Assembly: GCA_038087875.1 (NCBI GenBank)
Contig: CM075999.1
Location: forward strand, 248,001-312,000
Direction: 5' to 3'
Origin: Malacoraja senta
Taxonomy: Eukaryota
Length of the DNA stretch: 64,000 nucleotides
Below the pieces are notes generated by a model. That model was given only the letters and a program-made list of their open reading frames with translations, was not told the origin of the DNA and ran no database searches. Positions 63,425 through 64,000 of the stretch are shown in pieces (position 1 is the first letter of the stretch; every line of letters starts with the position of its first letter). The translations under genes and the position numbers were made by a program.

Positions 63425-64000
63425 GATAAGGGAGAACCAGTGGATGTGTTATATCTGGACTTTCAGAAGGCTTTCGACAAGGTCCCACATAAGAGATTAG
63501 TATACAAACTTAAAGCACACGGTATTGGGGGTTCAGTATTGATGTGGATAGAGAACTGGCTGGCAAACAGGAAGCAAAGAGTAGGAGTAAACGGGTCCTT
63601 TTCAGAATGGCAGACAGTGACTAGTGGGGTACCGCAAGGCTCAGTGCTGTGACCCCAGCTATTTACAATATATATTAATGATTTGGATGAGGGAATTGAA
63701 TGCAACATCTCCAAGTTTGCGGATGACACGAAGCTGGGGGGCAGTGTTAGCTGTGAGGAGGATGCTAGGAGGCTGCAAGGTGACTTGGATAGGCTGGGTG
63801 AGTGGGCAAATGCATGGCAGATGCAGTATAATGTGGATAAATGTGAGGTTATCCACTTTGGTGGCAAAAACAGGAAAGTAGACTATTATCTGAATGGTGG
63901 CCGATTAGGAAAAGGGGAGATGCAACGAGACCTGGGTGTCATGGTACACCAGTCATTGAAAGTAGGCATGCAGGTGCAGCAGGCAGTGAAGAAAGTGAAT
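63425..64000 (+). mobile_element. Young CR1 RT segment, near-identical to 9745-10296; runs off the window
   Basis: DVLYLDFQKAFDKVPHKRL..GVPQGSVL with a single TGA at 63650-63652. Confidence 0.95.

Overview
Repeat-dense vertebrate genomic DNA, almost certainly from a cartilaginous fish (skate or ray-like). This rests on HE1-type tRNA/V-SINEs, HER1-like CR1 LINEs, Penelope-derived short elements, and Rex1, L1, RTEX, Tc1, hAT and Harbinger elements. There is a 200-N scaffold gap at 14210-14409. One multi-exon host gene, missed by the ORF track, can be assembled by eye on the minus strand (about 44673 to 38069, about 190 aa). It resembles the fish oogenesis-related (org) protein as I recall it, and has a candidate TATA/E-box promoter directly abutted by a hAT transposon. 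Other structure: (1) about 15-20 Penelope-derived short elements carrying a minimal hammerhead-ribozyme core, often inserted as inverted pairs with a TSD; (2) a recent 6.2-kb-period tandem duplication whose junction lies inside a young CR1; (3) an L1 insertion flanked by a 192-bp target-site duplication and interrupted by a solo LTR; (4) two inverted 1.04-kb non-autonomous DNA transposons with 7-bp TSDs; (5) an RTEX-partnered short retroelement. A possible terminal exon of another minus-strand gene lies near 63.0 kb. All family and gene names come from motif recognition and recall, not from database searches.
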